The notes: generated from the letters alone by a model not told the origin. Positions 1 to 8,898 are shown, counted from the stretch's first letter. The stretch: DNA of 64,000 nucleotides from Obrimoposthia wandeli (GCA_977020255.1 CDROCS010005781.1:62001-126000); one strand, 5' to 3'. Numbers and translations are program-made.

Positions 1-1237
1 AACCTTTCAGGTTTTCACCACACTGTTCACGCAACAGGACAAAATCATAGGCCGCGCGGAAACGATTACTTTCAGCAGCTTCAGCGGCTTTCTTGCCTCT
101 TTTTCGTTCTAGGCGAGACTGCATATCCCAAATTTCTTTCATCGGAATCGTAAAACGCTTAGGAATAGAAGTGCGCTTCAGCTGTTGCTCGATGACTCGG
201 CTAGCGGCTTTATGCAAGGCTGGCTGAGGAGGAATTCCTTGCTCTAAAAATTCCGCTTGGACTCTTTGTAGAGATGGCCATAGTAAAGCCGCAAAGAAAT
301 AATAAGGCGTTACTGACTTGCCTGATTGAATACGCGTATCGGTATTAATCATGGTCTGTTCAACAAAGCGTGCAGCAAATTCATCGTCTGCCACGCACTG
401 CTCCGTTAACGGAAACAACTCACCAAATAGCTTATATTCACGCAATAAACGGTAGGTTACTAGAGCATTACCGGATAAAAACAGCTTCAAAACTTCTTCA
501 AATAAGCGCGGCGCAGGGATCTGCTCCATTAGCGGCGCCATCATTTCAATCGGAGCTTTAGTCTTGTGCTCTATTTCAAAATCCAATTTACCCGCAAAGC
601 GAATAGCTCGCAGCATGCGCACAGGATCTTCGCGGTAGCGGGTCTCAGGATCACCCATCAAACGGATTAATTTATCTTGAGCATCTTGATAGCCACCGGC
701 ATAAGACAGCACAGTAAAATCATCAACGGCGTAATACATAGCATTAATGGTGAAATCACGGCGCATAGCATCATCATCGATGTTGCCATAGACGTTATCA
801 CGTAAAATCATGCCGCTATCGCCAGTTTTAGCCTGGTTACTATTGTGCTCTTCTTTCGGAGACGTTCTGAATGTGGCGACTTCAATCACTTCGCGGCCAA
901 ACAAAACATGAACCAATTTAAAGCGACGGCCAATTAAGCGAGAGTTGCGAAACAGTTGATTGACTTGTTCTGGAGTTGCACTCGTCGCCACGTCAAAATC
1001 TTTGGGGTGTGCGCCCAACATGGAATCGCGGACACAGCCGCCTACAAGATAGGCTTGATAGCCCGCGCTATTTAAACGATACAGGACTTTCAGTGCATTC
1101 TCGCTCAGCTGACGACGGCTAATGCCGTGCTCTTTGCGCTGAAGAATTTGCGGTTTGATCTCATTATCCGCGTTTTTAGCTTTGCGGCCCCCCATTAAAG
1201 AAGGGAAGAAGCGCGCTACAGTATTAACTATGGACAT
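1..1237 (-). CDS. pcnB: Poly(A) polymerase I (3' end runs off the window)
   Basis: Absent from the ORF track. Manual translation from the ATG at 1237 gives MSIVNTVARFF...LKVLYRLNSAGYQAYLVGGCVRD...HPKDFDVAT...IGRRFKLVHVLFGREVIEVATFR. It lies downstream of cbrB, as in Pseudomonas. Confidence 0.95.
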   Translation of the reverse strand, partial: MSIVNTVARFFPSLMGGRKAKNADNEIKPQILQRKEHGISRRQLSENALKVLYRLNSAGYQAYLVGGCVRDSMLGAHPKDFDVATSATPEQVNQLFRNSRLIGRRFKLVHVLFGREVIEVATFRTSPKEEHNSNQAKTGDSGMILRDNVYGNIDDDAMRRDFTINAMYYAVDDFTVLSYAGGYQDAQDKLIRLMGDPETRYREDPVRMLRAIRFAGKLDFEIEHKTKAPIEMMAPLMEQIPAPRLFEEVLKLFLSGNALVTYRLLREYKLFGELFPLTEQCVADDEFAARFVEQTMINTDTRIQSGKSVTPYYFFAALLWPSLQRVQAEFLEQGIPPQPALHKAASRVIEQQLKRTSIPKRFTIPMKEIWDMQSRLERKRGKKAAEAAESNRFRAAYDFVLLREQCGENLKG

Positions 1238-1419
1238 CTATGGTTGCCTGAATTTTCGCGATTGCAGGGGAAAGGTACTTCAAAGAAGAACTTGCGCCTG
1301 TCGAGTATGATTATTGTTCGATATTAGTTAGTTAGCGAGTTTACATGATGGGTTGGCGCTTTCAAAGCACCTGTGGCTATAAAAGCCTTGCCTGTAAATA
1401 AAAGGGGGGTAATAAAGGA

Positions 1420-1728
1420 AGTAAAACTCAGGTTTGGCGATTGTTATTTTTATTATTGCCAAACCGAGATAAGTAAACCAACTGTTTTGAATACGCAGGA
1501 ACTAAAAGCTCCGTTATTATTCTTATTATATGTGTGCTAAGTGATGCTCACTTCGCACTCAAAACAACTGATTTTTCATTTTTCTATGCCTCTTTATTGT
1601 TTTTATTGTGAGACCACCTCTTCATGGGTGTTTTGATATTCATAAACGCGATTTTTATTTTTATTATTGCGTTTAACTTCAATCTTACGTTTTAGCTTTA
1701 TTATTTTTGTTAGTGCTTAACGTTATAT
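1420..1728 (-). ncRNA. CrcZ/CrcY-like A-rich sRNA candidate, copy B (distal, about 310 nt)
   Basis: No ORF. Starts about 12 nt below a sigma54 promoter and carries 5-6 AANAANAA-type tracts (AACAAAAATAATAA, AATAATAAAAATAAAAAT, AATAAAAACAATAAA, AATAAGAATAATAA, AATAATAAAAATAACAA). Ends in hairpin CTCGGTTTGGCA...TCGCCAAACCTGAG followed by TTTT. Ends are estimated. Confidence 0.7.
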
Positions 1729-1737
1729 TTAATATAT

Positions 1738-1785
1738 AGCCATAACCGTGCCAACTTTATAAAACTCTTTAAAATCAATGGCTTG
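1738..1785 (-). promoter_or_regulatory. Sigma54 -24/-12 promoter (TGGCACGGTTATGGCT, 1753-1738) plus IHF site (AATCAATGGCTTG, 1773-1785)
   Basis: Matches TGGCAC-N5-TTGC with a variant -12 element. The IHF site is an exact match to WATCAANNNNTTR. Confidence 0.85.
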
Positions 1786-1813
1786 AGTAATCTAGTGCTT
1801 TAGATGAACAACT

Positions 1814-1877
1814 TGTTACGCCAAAAGTGTTACCTGAAGTAATGTTCTCCCGTAACAAAAGTAACGATTAAGTAACA
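1814..1877. promoter_or_regulatory. Putative CbrB upstream activating sequences (TGTTAC x2, GTAACA x2, GTAACG x1)
   Basis: TGTTAC at 1814 and 1828, GTAACA at 1852 and 1872, GTAACG at 1861. TGTTAC/GTAACA subsites are the described CbrB boxes at Pseudomonas crcZ. Confidence 0.65.
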
Positions 1878-2087
1878 CTGTGTAAGTTTTTACCTAAAGT
1901 GAGCCACTTTAAGCCTTGATTGACGGATTTTGTAGTAAGTTTCTGAAGGTATAAAAGTCAGGTGCTGGTTGAGTGTTGGGTTTATTGGCGGCAATTTGGC
2001 CCAGAAAGAAACAAATTTAGAGGATTGAGGATTGAAGGAGTGTTAAGGACTTGATATTGGCGCTGAAGTGAGCGGAAAGCAATTAAC

Positions 2088-2112
2088 CACAGAGGGCACA
2101 GAGAACACAGAG
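2088..2112 (+). repeat. CACAGAG x3 with a 9-nt period
   Basis: cacagag-gg-cacagag-aa-cacagag read directly from the sequence. Confidence 0.9.
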
Positions 2113-2129
2113 AAAAAGCAAAATTGAAG

Positions 2130-2157
2130 GATGAATATGGAACGATGAATATGGAAC
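2130..2157 (+). repeat. Perfect 14-bp tandem duplication (GATGAATATGGAAC x2)
   Basis: Read directly from the sequence. Confidence 0.9.
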
Positions 2158-2221
2158 GGTGTTGCCTGTTTGATTTTAAAACTGAGAAGCGAGTAGGAGG
2201 TGAAGCAGGAAAGGGTAGATG

Positions 2222-2399
2222 AAGAACCCATTGCTTTACACTTCATTCTGGAGTGTAAAGCAATGTGTGCTTAGTGAGCCCGGGGTATTATTATTATTGT
2301 AAGCTCTTGATCAGCGTTATTATTTTTATTGCTGCCGATCTATTGTCATTCCGCTCTAATTTTATTTTTATTATCTGAGCAGTATTGTTGTTATTAATA
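2222..2399 (-). ncRNA. CrcZ/CrcY-like A-rich sRNA candidate, copy A (proximal to cbrB, about 180 nt)
   Basis: Lies below a sigma54 promoter. Has 4 A-rich tracts (AATAACAACAAT, ATAATAAAAATAAAA, AATAAAAATAATAA, AATAATAATAATA) separated by short stems. Occupies the position of crcZ. The 3' end is uncertain. Confidence 0.7.
2229..2265. terminator. Perfect 14-bp stem hairpin, probable 3' end of sRNA copy A
   Basis: CATTGCTTTACACT-9 nt loop-AGTGTAAAGCAATG. The U-tract on the minus strand is weak (GGTTCTT). Confidence 0.55.
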
Positions 2400-2409
2400 C
2401 TTTAGATAT

Positions 2410-2457
2410 AGCAGAGACCGTGCCAACTTTTAAAAGTCCTTTTAAATCAATGGCTTA
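2410..2457 (-). promoter_or_regulatory. Sigma54 -24/-12 promoter (TGGCACGGTCTCTGCT, 2425-2410) plus IHF site (AATCAATGGCTTA, 2445-2457)
   Basis: Consensus matches, and near-identical to the 1738-1785 module. Confidence 0.88.
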
Positions 2458-2476
2458 TGTAATGCGTGGAGAAGGT

Positions 2477-2506
2477 GGTAACAAATTGGCGCTCATATTT
2501 GTTACC
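2477..2506. promoter_or_regulatory. Putative CbrB UAS palindrome GGTAACA-N16-TGTTACC
   Basis: Inverted repeat about 50-80 bp upstream of the sigma54 -24 element. Confidence 0.65.
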
Positions 2507-2584
2507 TATAGAGAAGAAATTGGATGGTATTTGATACTTTAGTGGCGACTTATGACCGAAATTTGTATGGACAAAGCCTGAGCC

Positions 2585-3976
2585 TCAACTAGACTTTGTT
2601 GCTTTTTTGCGTGGAATGCCCAAACGCTGGCGACGTTCCCATAAGCATTTCCGCGAAACCCCTAATTTACGTGCTAGGTCGGTTTCATTCATGCCATCTT
2701 CGTTTTCCAGTACAAAGTGCATAAAGTAATCATCCAGAGAAAGATCCCCTTGATTGGTATCATTACTATTTATCGCTTCGGGCTCTAGTAAGTTTTCTTT
2801 CAGTGCTTGTGGTACGTACTGGTCAGGAGAAACATCAATGGCCATGTTCTCAGGTGTGATGTCATCACCATCAGCCAAGATCACGGCTCTTTCAATCGCA
2901 TTTTCAAGTTCACGTACGTTACCGGGCCATTGATATTGTGAAATCGCTTGGCGTGAAGCATCAGTGAGCAGCATGGTGCTGCGGTTCATTTTTTCACAGC
3001 TGCGCTGCAGCATGAATTCAGCCAGCTCAATCACGTCTTTGCCACGTGCGCGCAAGGGTGGCAGGTGCAGTTCTAATACGTTAAGGCGATAGTAAAGATC
3101 TTCACGGAACTCGGCTTTTGAGGCTAGTTCTTTCAGGTTTCTATGGGTCGCCGCGATTAAACGAACATCTACCTTTCTACTTTGCACAGAGCCAACGCGG
3201 CGAATCTCACCTTCTTGTAACACGCGTAATAAGCGCGCTTGTGCTTCAAGTGGTAGCTCACCAATCTCGTCTAAAAATAAGGTGCCACCGTCAGCAGCTT
3301 CGACTAAGCCTAAGCGTAACGTTGCAGCACCGGTGAACGCGCCTTTTTCGTGGCCAAATAATTCAGATTCAATCAATGATTCAGGAATGGCGGCGCAGTT
3401 GACGGATATCATGGGGGCATCTTTACGACGGCTTTGGGTATGTAGTGCGCGGGCGACCAACTCTTTACCGGTGCCGGACTCGCCTTGAATTAATACCGTC
3501 GCGTCAGTGGGTGCTACTTTGCTGATTTTGGAGAATAAATTTTGCATCAACTGGCAGCTGCCAATAATGCCGGTTACCGGATATTCTTTGGCAATTTCAT
3601 GCTGCAGCACTTCGTTGGTACGGCTGAGAGTGCGTTGCTTAAGAATACGCTCTACAGTGAGGAGCATTTCTTCATGATCGAAGGGCTTAGCAATATAATC
3701 GACGGCGCCTAGCTTCATCGCATCAACAGCAGATCTTAAGCTGGCATAGCTGGTCATGATCAGCACAGGAACCTCTCCCGCCAGCTCAATCAAATCAGTG
3801 CCATTACCGCCAGGAAGGCGTAAGTCACTGATGATCATGTCGTAATCGCTGAAGGTCAGGTCTTTTGCGATATGCAGAGAATCCGCTTCAAAAATTTCAT
3901 GGCCTTGGCGTTCTAATAAGCGCTTTACTGCTTGGCGAATAATCTTTTCGTCTTCAACGACTAAAATACGGCTCAT
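2585..3976 (-). CDS. cbrB: Sigma54-dependent response regulator CbrB (REC-AAA+-HTH)
   Basis: REC domain, GESGTGKE, GAFTGA, WPGNVRELEN, and C-terminal LGVSRKCLWERRQRLGIPR. Follows cbrA. Confidence 0.92.
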   Translation of the reverse strand: MSRILVVEDEKIIRQAVKRLLERQGHEIFEADSLHIAKDLTFSDYDMIISDLRLPGGNGTDLIELAGEVPVLIMTSYASLRSAVDAMKLGAVDYIAKPFDHEEMLLTVERILKQRTLSRTNEVLQHEIAKEYPVTGIIGSCQLMQNLFSKISKVAPTDATVLIQGESGTGKELVARALHTQSRRKDAPMISVNCAAIPESLIESELFGHEKGAFTGAATLRLGLVEAADGGTLFLDEIGELPLEAQARLLRVLQEGEIRRVGSVQSRKVDVRLIAATHRNLKELASKAEFREDLYYRLNVLELHLPPLRARGKDVIELAEFMLQRSCEKMNRSTMLLTDASRQAISQYQWPGNVRELENAIERAVILADGDDITPENMAIDVSPDQYVPQALKENLLEPEAINSNDTNQGDLSLDDYFMHFVLENEDGMNETDLARKLGVSRKCLWERRQRLGIPRKKATKSS

Positions 3977-6975
3977 TCGGATTTATCCTCAAGCAAATGA
4001 TTCTGAACTTTGGGTAAGCGTAAAGTGACACAGGTGCCTGCAGTATTTTTTTCAAATGCGGCGTCTGGTTCTAGGGTGCTTGGTAAAGCAGCGCTAGGCT
4101 GTGAATCTAATATGTGACTCGGTACGGGGCTATCAATACTGATATGTCCGTAGTGCTCTTCGATAATACTATAAACCAAGGCCAAACCAAGCCCGGTGCC
4201 TTTACCTACTTCTTTGGTGGTAAAGAAGGGGTCAAAAATATGATCGAGCTTATCTTCAGCTATCCCGCTGCCTTGGTCAACTACATGAATAATTGCTTGG
4301 TCTGGATCGACATGACCAAAAACGCGGATGCTGCTGAAATCAGGACTGGCATCGCGGGCATTGCCTAGCAGGTTAATAAACACTTGTACCAAGCGTTGAG
4401 AGTCGCCGACGACTTGCCAGTTTGGGTCGCATTCGTTGATGTATTCAATATCCCGACCTTCATTACTGAGGCGTAATAATTGAATCGCTTCATCAATGCA
4501 AATACTGATATAGACGGGTAGATGTTCTGTTGTTAGGTGGCCAGAATGAGAGAAATTCATTAATGACTGCACGATACGGGTGACCCGTTTCGTTTGCTCT
4601 TGAATTTGATTCGCCATGTCTAAGATTTCTGGATTATCAGTTTCATAGCGCATGCTTTGGGCCAAGCAGTCGATACCGGTAATGGGATTACCGATCTCAT
4701 GAGCAACCCCGGCCGCTAAGCGCCCAATGGATGCTAGGCGTTCGCTGTGCATCAGTTCTTCTTCGAGCATCTGAGTTTCAGTTTGATCTTCTACTAAGAT
4801 GACGGTACCGCCGGGCTGACCACCCGAGGCTTTAATAATCGACTTATGCAGGTTGTACCAATGTGGTCGCCCCTTTTGTTCAATGCGCTTTTTATGCTGG
4901 TGGATGGCATTATCGAGTAAAAACTCATTCAGCATGCTGCCCCAGGGTTCTGCGGCTGATGTTAGGCGCGAGCCGGTAACATCGCCGGGAGTAATTTCCG
5001 TTAACTCTTCCATCGCGGTATTCCACATCAGTACCTCACCCTCGTCAGATACTGAACAGACTCCGATAGGGAGGCGTTCAAGGGTTTGGCGGTGGTAGCG
5101 GCGTAAGTTATCCAGCTCACCTGCAAGTCCGCTTAAGCGATCGTGAAAGCCCTCAATGCGCTGTTCAATTTGATAAATATCTTCGCTTAACTCAGCGTTC
5201 GCTTGGAAAGGTAGGTTCCGGTTGATGATATCGTGAGCCACGGTGGGGCCCATTAATCCTGATAAATTGGCTTCTAAGCGAGTGCGCAAACGACGGAGTG
5301 CATAAGGGCGATCTTCATAGGAAGGTAAGCTCAAATCGGCCAGTGCCTGATGAACTTCTCTTTCCGCCACATAGCGTCCTAGCGGTTTACTGAGGGAAAT
5401 AATGATGTCATTGGAGTTGCCCGCAATAAGCGGCTTGCGACTTGGGCGCGATACCGTATCGACGGAGCAGGCTTCAGCGGCGGATTTTTCAGATTCTTTT
5501 TGGGTTGTCGTTAAGCTGACGATGACAAAGAGAACCAGATTAATACCAAAGCTTCCCATCGCGGCAACGTGCCAGTTATCCATGTTGGTGGCGGGTAATG
5601 GAATCGGGAATTCCCAGCCTAGGGTCAAATGAGAAAGTGGCAGTAATAGGGTATAAGCCCAGACGATAATACCAATGCTGAGGCCGGTAATCAGCCCCCA
5701 GCGGTTGGCTTTAGGCCAGTATAAAACACCGAGTACTCCGGGCAAAAACTGCATGGCGGCAACAAAGGCCAATATGCCGAGTAAGGTGATTTCAAGGTCT
5801 GCGCCAATGATGCGGTAAAAACCGTAAGCGGCCAGCAGTATGGCGCCAATTAGGTAGCGTCGCATCCATAATAGCCATTGGTAAAAATCTTGTTTTGGCC
5901 CCGGTTTGTAGCTAGGTAATACAATATGGTTTAAAAACATCGCCGCAGTGGCCAATGTCGTCACAATAATAACGCCCGATGCAGCGGCTAATCCGCCGAC
6001 AAAGGCCATGATAACCAATACTTCAGAATCAAGTGCCATGCCAATGCCCAAGGCATAAAACTCGGGTGGCACCTCAAGTTCCAGATAAATACCTGCCCAT
6101 AAAATAGGAGGCACCGAAAGGCTCATGAGTAATAAAAATAACGGCAGGCCCCAGCTGGCTGGGCGCAGTGCTTTTGGATTGAGGTTTTCGGTAAAGGTAA
6201 CGTGGAACATGTGCGGGGCGACGACGGCCGCGGCAAAGAAAACCAATAACAGGGTGCGCCATGGGCCTTCTTGTAAATTTGTTTGGCGACTAATCAACTG
6301 TTCCTGATTGGCGGCTAGCCAACTTTGCATATCCCCCGAACCATCAAAAACAAAGAATAACGCTGTGATTCCAAGTGCGGTAATCGCGATCAGTTTTAAT
6401 AGTGACTCAAAGGCCAGAGCGAATACCAGACCTTCGTGTTTTTCGCGTGGCGACACATGGCGTGCGCCAAATAAAATAGCGAAAACCACCATTGTGATAC
6501 AAAAGCCAAAGGCTAAGGTCGTAGAGGGAAGGTCGGCGTTGAGTAAGTGCATACTCTCGGCGACAGCAGCAATTTGTAAGGTGAGTAGCGGTAATGCCAC
6601 GGCCAAAGTAAAAAGCGTGACCATCACCCCCGCGAGACGACTGCGATAGCGAAAGGCAAACAAGTCTGCTAACGAACTGAGTTGATAGGTGCGGGTAATG
6701 TGCAGTATTGGCTTGAGCAATATGGGGGAGAGTACGAATGCCCCGCTAATGCCCATGTAATAGGCTAAAAAACCATAACCGTATTTATCGGCCATCGCCA
6801 CCGAGCCATAAAATGCCCAAGCACTGGCATACACACCTAAAGATAAAACGTAAACCACAGGATGGCGAACCCAGCGTTTGGGAACCCAGCCACGTTCAAC
6901 CACGTAAGCGGCCAAGAATAAGAAAAAGAGGTAGCCAAATACTATTAGACTCAGCTGAATCAGACTAAAGCTCAT
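3973..6975 (-). CDS. cbrA: Transporter-kinase fusion CbrA (SLC5/STAC-PAS-HisKA-HATPase)
   Basis: About 13 TM segments of SSS type, H-box LAAGVAHEIGNP, and DQGSG / FDPFFTTK / GTGLGL boxes. 4-bp overlap with cbrB. Confidence 0.92.
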   Translation of the reverse strand: MSFSLIQLSLIVFGYLFFLFLAAYVVERGWVPKRWVRHPVVYVLSLGVYASAWAFYGSVAMADKYGYGFLAYYMGISGAFVLSPILLKPILHITRTYQLSSLADLFAFRYRSRLAGVMVTLFTLAVALPLLTLQIAAVAESMHLLNADLPSTTLAFGFCITMVVFAILFGARHVSPREKHEGLVFALAFESLLKLIAITALGITALFFVFDGSGDMQSWLAANQEQLISRQTNLQEGPWRTLLLVFFAAAVVAPHMFHVTFTENLNPKALRPASWGLPLFLLLMSLSVPPILWAGIYLELEVPPEFYALGIGMALDSEVLVIMAFVGGLAAASGVIIVTTLATAAMFLNHIVLPSYKPGPKQDFYQWLLWMRRYLIGAILLAAYGFYRIIGADLEITLLGILAFVAAMQFLPGVLGVLYWPKANRWGLITGLSIGIIVWAYTLLLPLSHLTLGWEFPIPLPATNMDNWHVAAMGSFGINLVLFVIVSLTTTQKESEKSAAEACSVDTVSRPSRKPLIAGNSNDIIISLSKPLGRYVAEREVHQALADLSLPSYEDRPYALRRLRTRLEANLSGLMGPTVAHDIINRNLPFQANAELSEDIYQIEQRIEGFHDRLSGLAGELDNLRRYHRQTLERLPIGVCSVSDEGEVLMWNTAMEELTEITPGDVTGSRLTSAAEPWGSMLNEFLLDNAIHQHKKRIEQKGRPHWYNLHKSIIKASGGQPGGTVILVEDQTETQMLEEELMHSERLASIGRLAAGVAHEIGNPITGIDCLAQSMRYETDNPEILDMANQIQEQTKRVTRIVQSLMNFSHSGHLTTEHLPVYISICIDEAIQLLRLSNEGRDIEYINECDPNWQVVGDSQRLVQVFINLLGNARDASPDFSSIRVFGHVDPDQAIIHVVDQGSGIAEDKLDHIFDPFFTTKEVGKGTGLGLALVYSIIEEHYGHISIDSPVPSHILDSQPSAALPSTLEPDAAFEKNTAGTCVTLRLPKVQNHLLEDKSE

Positions 6976-7141
6976 CGGGGCCTCGTTTGAATTCTACCCA
7001 GATATAAACCGCGATTAATAAAAACCACAATGCAAAGGGGTGATACCAAGTGCCGTTAGGCGCTAGCCACCAATCAATGATAACGGGTGAGAAAATATAC
7101 AATCCCACTACCAATAGCAGCGAGACTCGATAATCGTACAT
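6965..7141 (-). CDS. cbrX: CbrX small membrane leader peptide (58 aa)
   Basis: Absent from the ORF track. Translates as MYDYRVSLLLVVGLYIFSPVIIDWWLAPNGTWYHPFALWFLLIAVYIWVEFKRGPDEL, with its stop overlapping the cbrA start by 11 nt. Resembles Pseudomonas CbrX. Confidence 0.85.
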   Translation of the reverse strand: MYDYRVSLLLVVGLYIFSPVIIDWWLAPNGTWYHPFALWFLLIAVYIWVEFKRGPDEL

Positions 7142-7221
7142 AGCAGGCTCTTATTATTAATTAACCGTTTATAGTGTTACTGAGAGTAACATATTGACGA
7201 CTTTTGCGATATTTGATGCGC

Positions 7222-8148
7222 TTAAATCGCCGCTTGATTTTGTATACCTTGCAGTTTTAGCGGCTGCCAATGGGCAATTGCCCAAGTTAACATTTCTTTG
7301 ACGCTGGCAGTGCGTAGATTTTCTGGCGGTGCTTGTCTAAGCCAAGACAAGGCGCGCCATATTGTTTCTTGTGGGTTATCAAGATCCAGTGCCGGGGCTA
7401 AATTCTGTTTGCTCAACTTTTGGCCATTATCACCGCAGGCGACAGGAATATGAGCGTACTCCGGCACGGGGTAGTTGAGACTATGCTGCAGCATATTTTG
7501 GCGTAAGGTTGAATCGATCAAATCGATACCCCTAACGACATGAGTCACCCCTTGTTGATAATCATCGACCACCATGGCTAATTGATACGCCCAAAGTTGA
7601 TCTTTGCGCTTAACCACAAAATCACCGATAGACTGTTCAACCGACTGGCTGAAGTTACCTTGCAGGTGATCGTGAAAAGAAGCATGACCTTGTAGATTGC
7701 TGGTGGCTGCGTGCTGGCTATCAAAGCGCCAAGCGAATTCGATTTTTTCGTCTTGAACAAGAGAGCGACAATGACCAAAATGAATACCACTTCTATCCGC
7801 GAGCTGCTTGCGTGAGCAGGTGCAAGGAAATACCGAATGCTGCTGGATTAATTGCTCAAGTGCTTGCTGATATAAGGGGCTGCGCTGGCTTTGATAAACG
7901 ATTTTTTGATCAGAAAAAAGACCATAAGTATCAAGGGCTTTTAGAATAACTGCTTGTGCGCCTTCAATTTCACGCGGAGGATCCAGATCTTCAATTCGAA
8001 TCAGCCATTGGCCGTGATTCGCTTTAGCATCAAGGTAGCTGGCTAGAGCAGCCAAGAGTGAGCCAAAGTGCAGCGGCCCAGTAGGAGAGGGAGCAAAACG
8101 GCCAATATAAGGAATGTTGGCCGTTTTATTCACCGAATTGCTAAACAT
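7222..8148 (-). CDS. gluQ: Glutamyl-Q tRNA(Asp) synthetase
   Basis: GRFAPSPTGPLHFGSL, IRIEDLDPPRE, KLSKQN. Downstream of dksA. Confidence 0.95.
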   Translation of the reverse strand: MFSNSVNKTANIPYIGRFAPSPTGPLHFGSLLAALASYLDAKANHGQWLIRIEDLDPPREIEGAQAVILKALDTYGLFSDQKIVYQSQRSPLYQQALEQLIQQHSVFPCTCSRKQLADRSGIHFGHCRSLVQDEKIEFAWRFDSQHAATSNLQGHASFHDHLQGNFSQSVEQSIGDFVVKRKDQLWAYQLAMVVDDYQQGVTHVVRGIDLIDSTLRQNMLQHSLNYPVPEYAHIPVACGDNGQKLSKQNLAPALDLDNPQETIWRALSWLRQAPPENLRTASVKEMLTWAIAHWQPLKLQGIQNQAAI

Positions 8149-8221
8149 CTAATTTGTGAGCATCTAGTTTTCAAGTACTTAGTTTTAAATATCTAGTTTC
8201 AAATATCTAGGTACTTAGCGA

Positions 8222-8656
8222 CTAAACACCCAGCTGACGTTCTTTGATTTCGGCTAACGTTTTGCAATCAATGCAAAGATTTGCAGTTGGGCGAGCTTCT
8301 AAGCGGCGAATACCGATTTCCACACCGCATTCATCGCAAAAACCATAATCGTCTTTGTCGATCAGCTCTAACGTTTTATTGATCTTCTTGATCAATTTAC
8401 GCTCACGATCGCGAGCTCGGAGTTCGAGACTAAACTCTTCTTCCTGACTGGCACGGTCGCTTGGATCCGCAGCGTTATTCGCTTCGGATTGCATATGTTC
8501 TTTCGTACGATCAACTTCTTCCATCAATTCTTGCTTCCAACGGGCAAGGATCATGCTGAAGTGCTTACGCTGCACGATGTTCATGTACTCTTCACCCACT
8601 TTTTCCTTATAAGGGACAAAGTGTGTGATTGTAAAAGCTTTATTATCTTGTGGCAT
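8222..8656 (-). CDS. dksA: RNA polymerase-binding factor DksA
   Basis: [11 protein letters not shown] coiled-coil tip and C4 zinc finger CDEC...CIDC. Confidence 0.97.
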   Translation of the reverse strand: MPQDNKAFTITHFVPYKEKVGEEYMNIVQRKHFSMILARWKQELMEEVDRTKEHMQSEANNAADPSDRASQEEEFSLELRARDRERKLIKKINKTLELIDKDDYGFCDECGVEIGIRRLEARPTANLCIDCKTLAEIKERQLGV

Positions 8657-8898
8657 AATTGCAGCAGCCTCGTATCGCTACAGAGCTCGAATTAAACTCG
8701 AGCCGAGCATTATTCCGTGCGTTCTTCCGGAGTTTGAACGCTTTATTTTTCAACGGAGGCAAGCTATCAGATAAACCACCAAATGACTAGGCGCTTGCTC
8801 CACTTTCTTCAATTAAATTAACACTTTAGTGGTCAGTTGGCATTAATCTGGCACAATATGACGATTAGTTCCACTTTCAATATTCTTAGGATATTCCC

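Noticed and set aside
370-561. 63-aa plus-strand ORF
   Set aside because: Antisense to pcnB, which the track omitted because it runs off the window.
2043-2246. 67-aa minus-strand ORF in the sRNA spacer
   Set aside because: GTG start, no RBS, and low-complexity Ser/Phe content produced by the purine-rich repeats.
3118-6649. Many short plus-strand ORFs inside cbrB and cbrA
   Set aside because: Shadow ORFs antisense to well-supported genes. The same applies to similar ORFs within psd, motA, gspE, hldD, hldE, tolC, nudF and the permease.
8660-8760. Short hairpins upstream of dksA (CTCGA...TCGAG, GCGTTC...GAACGC)
   Set aside because: Short stems with no recognisable RNA family, compatible with an ordinary leader.
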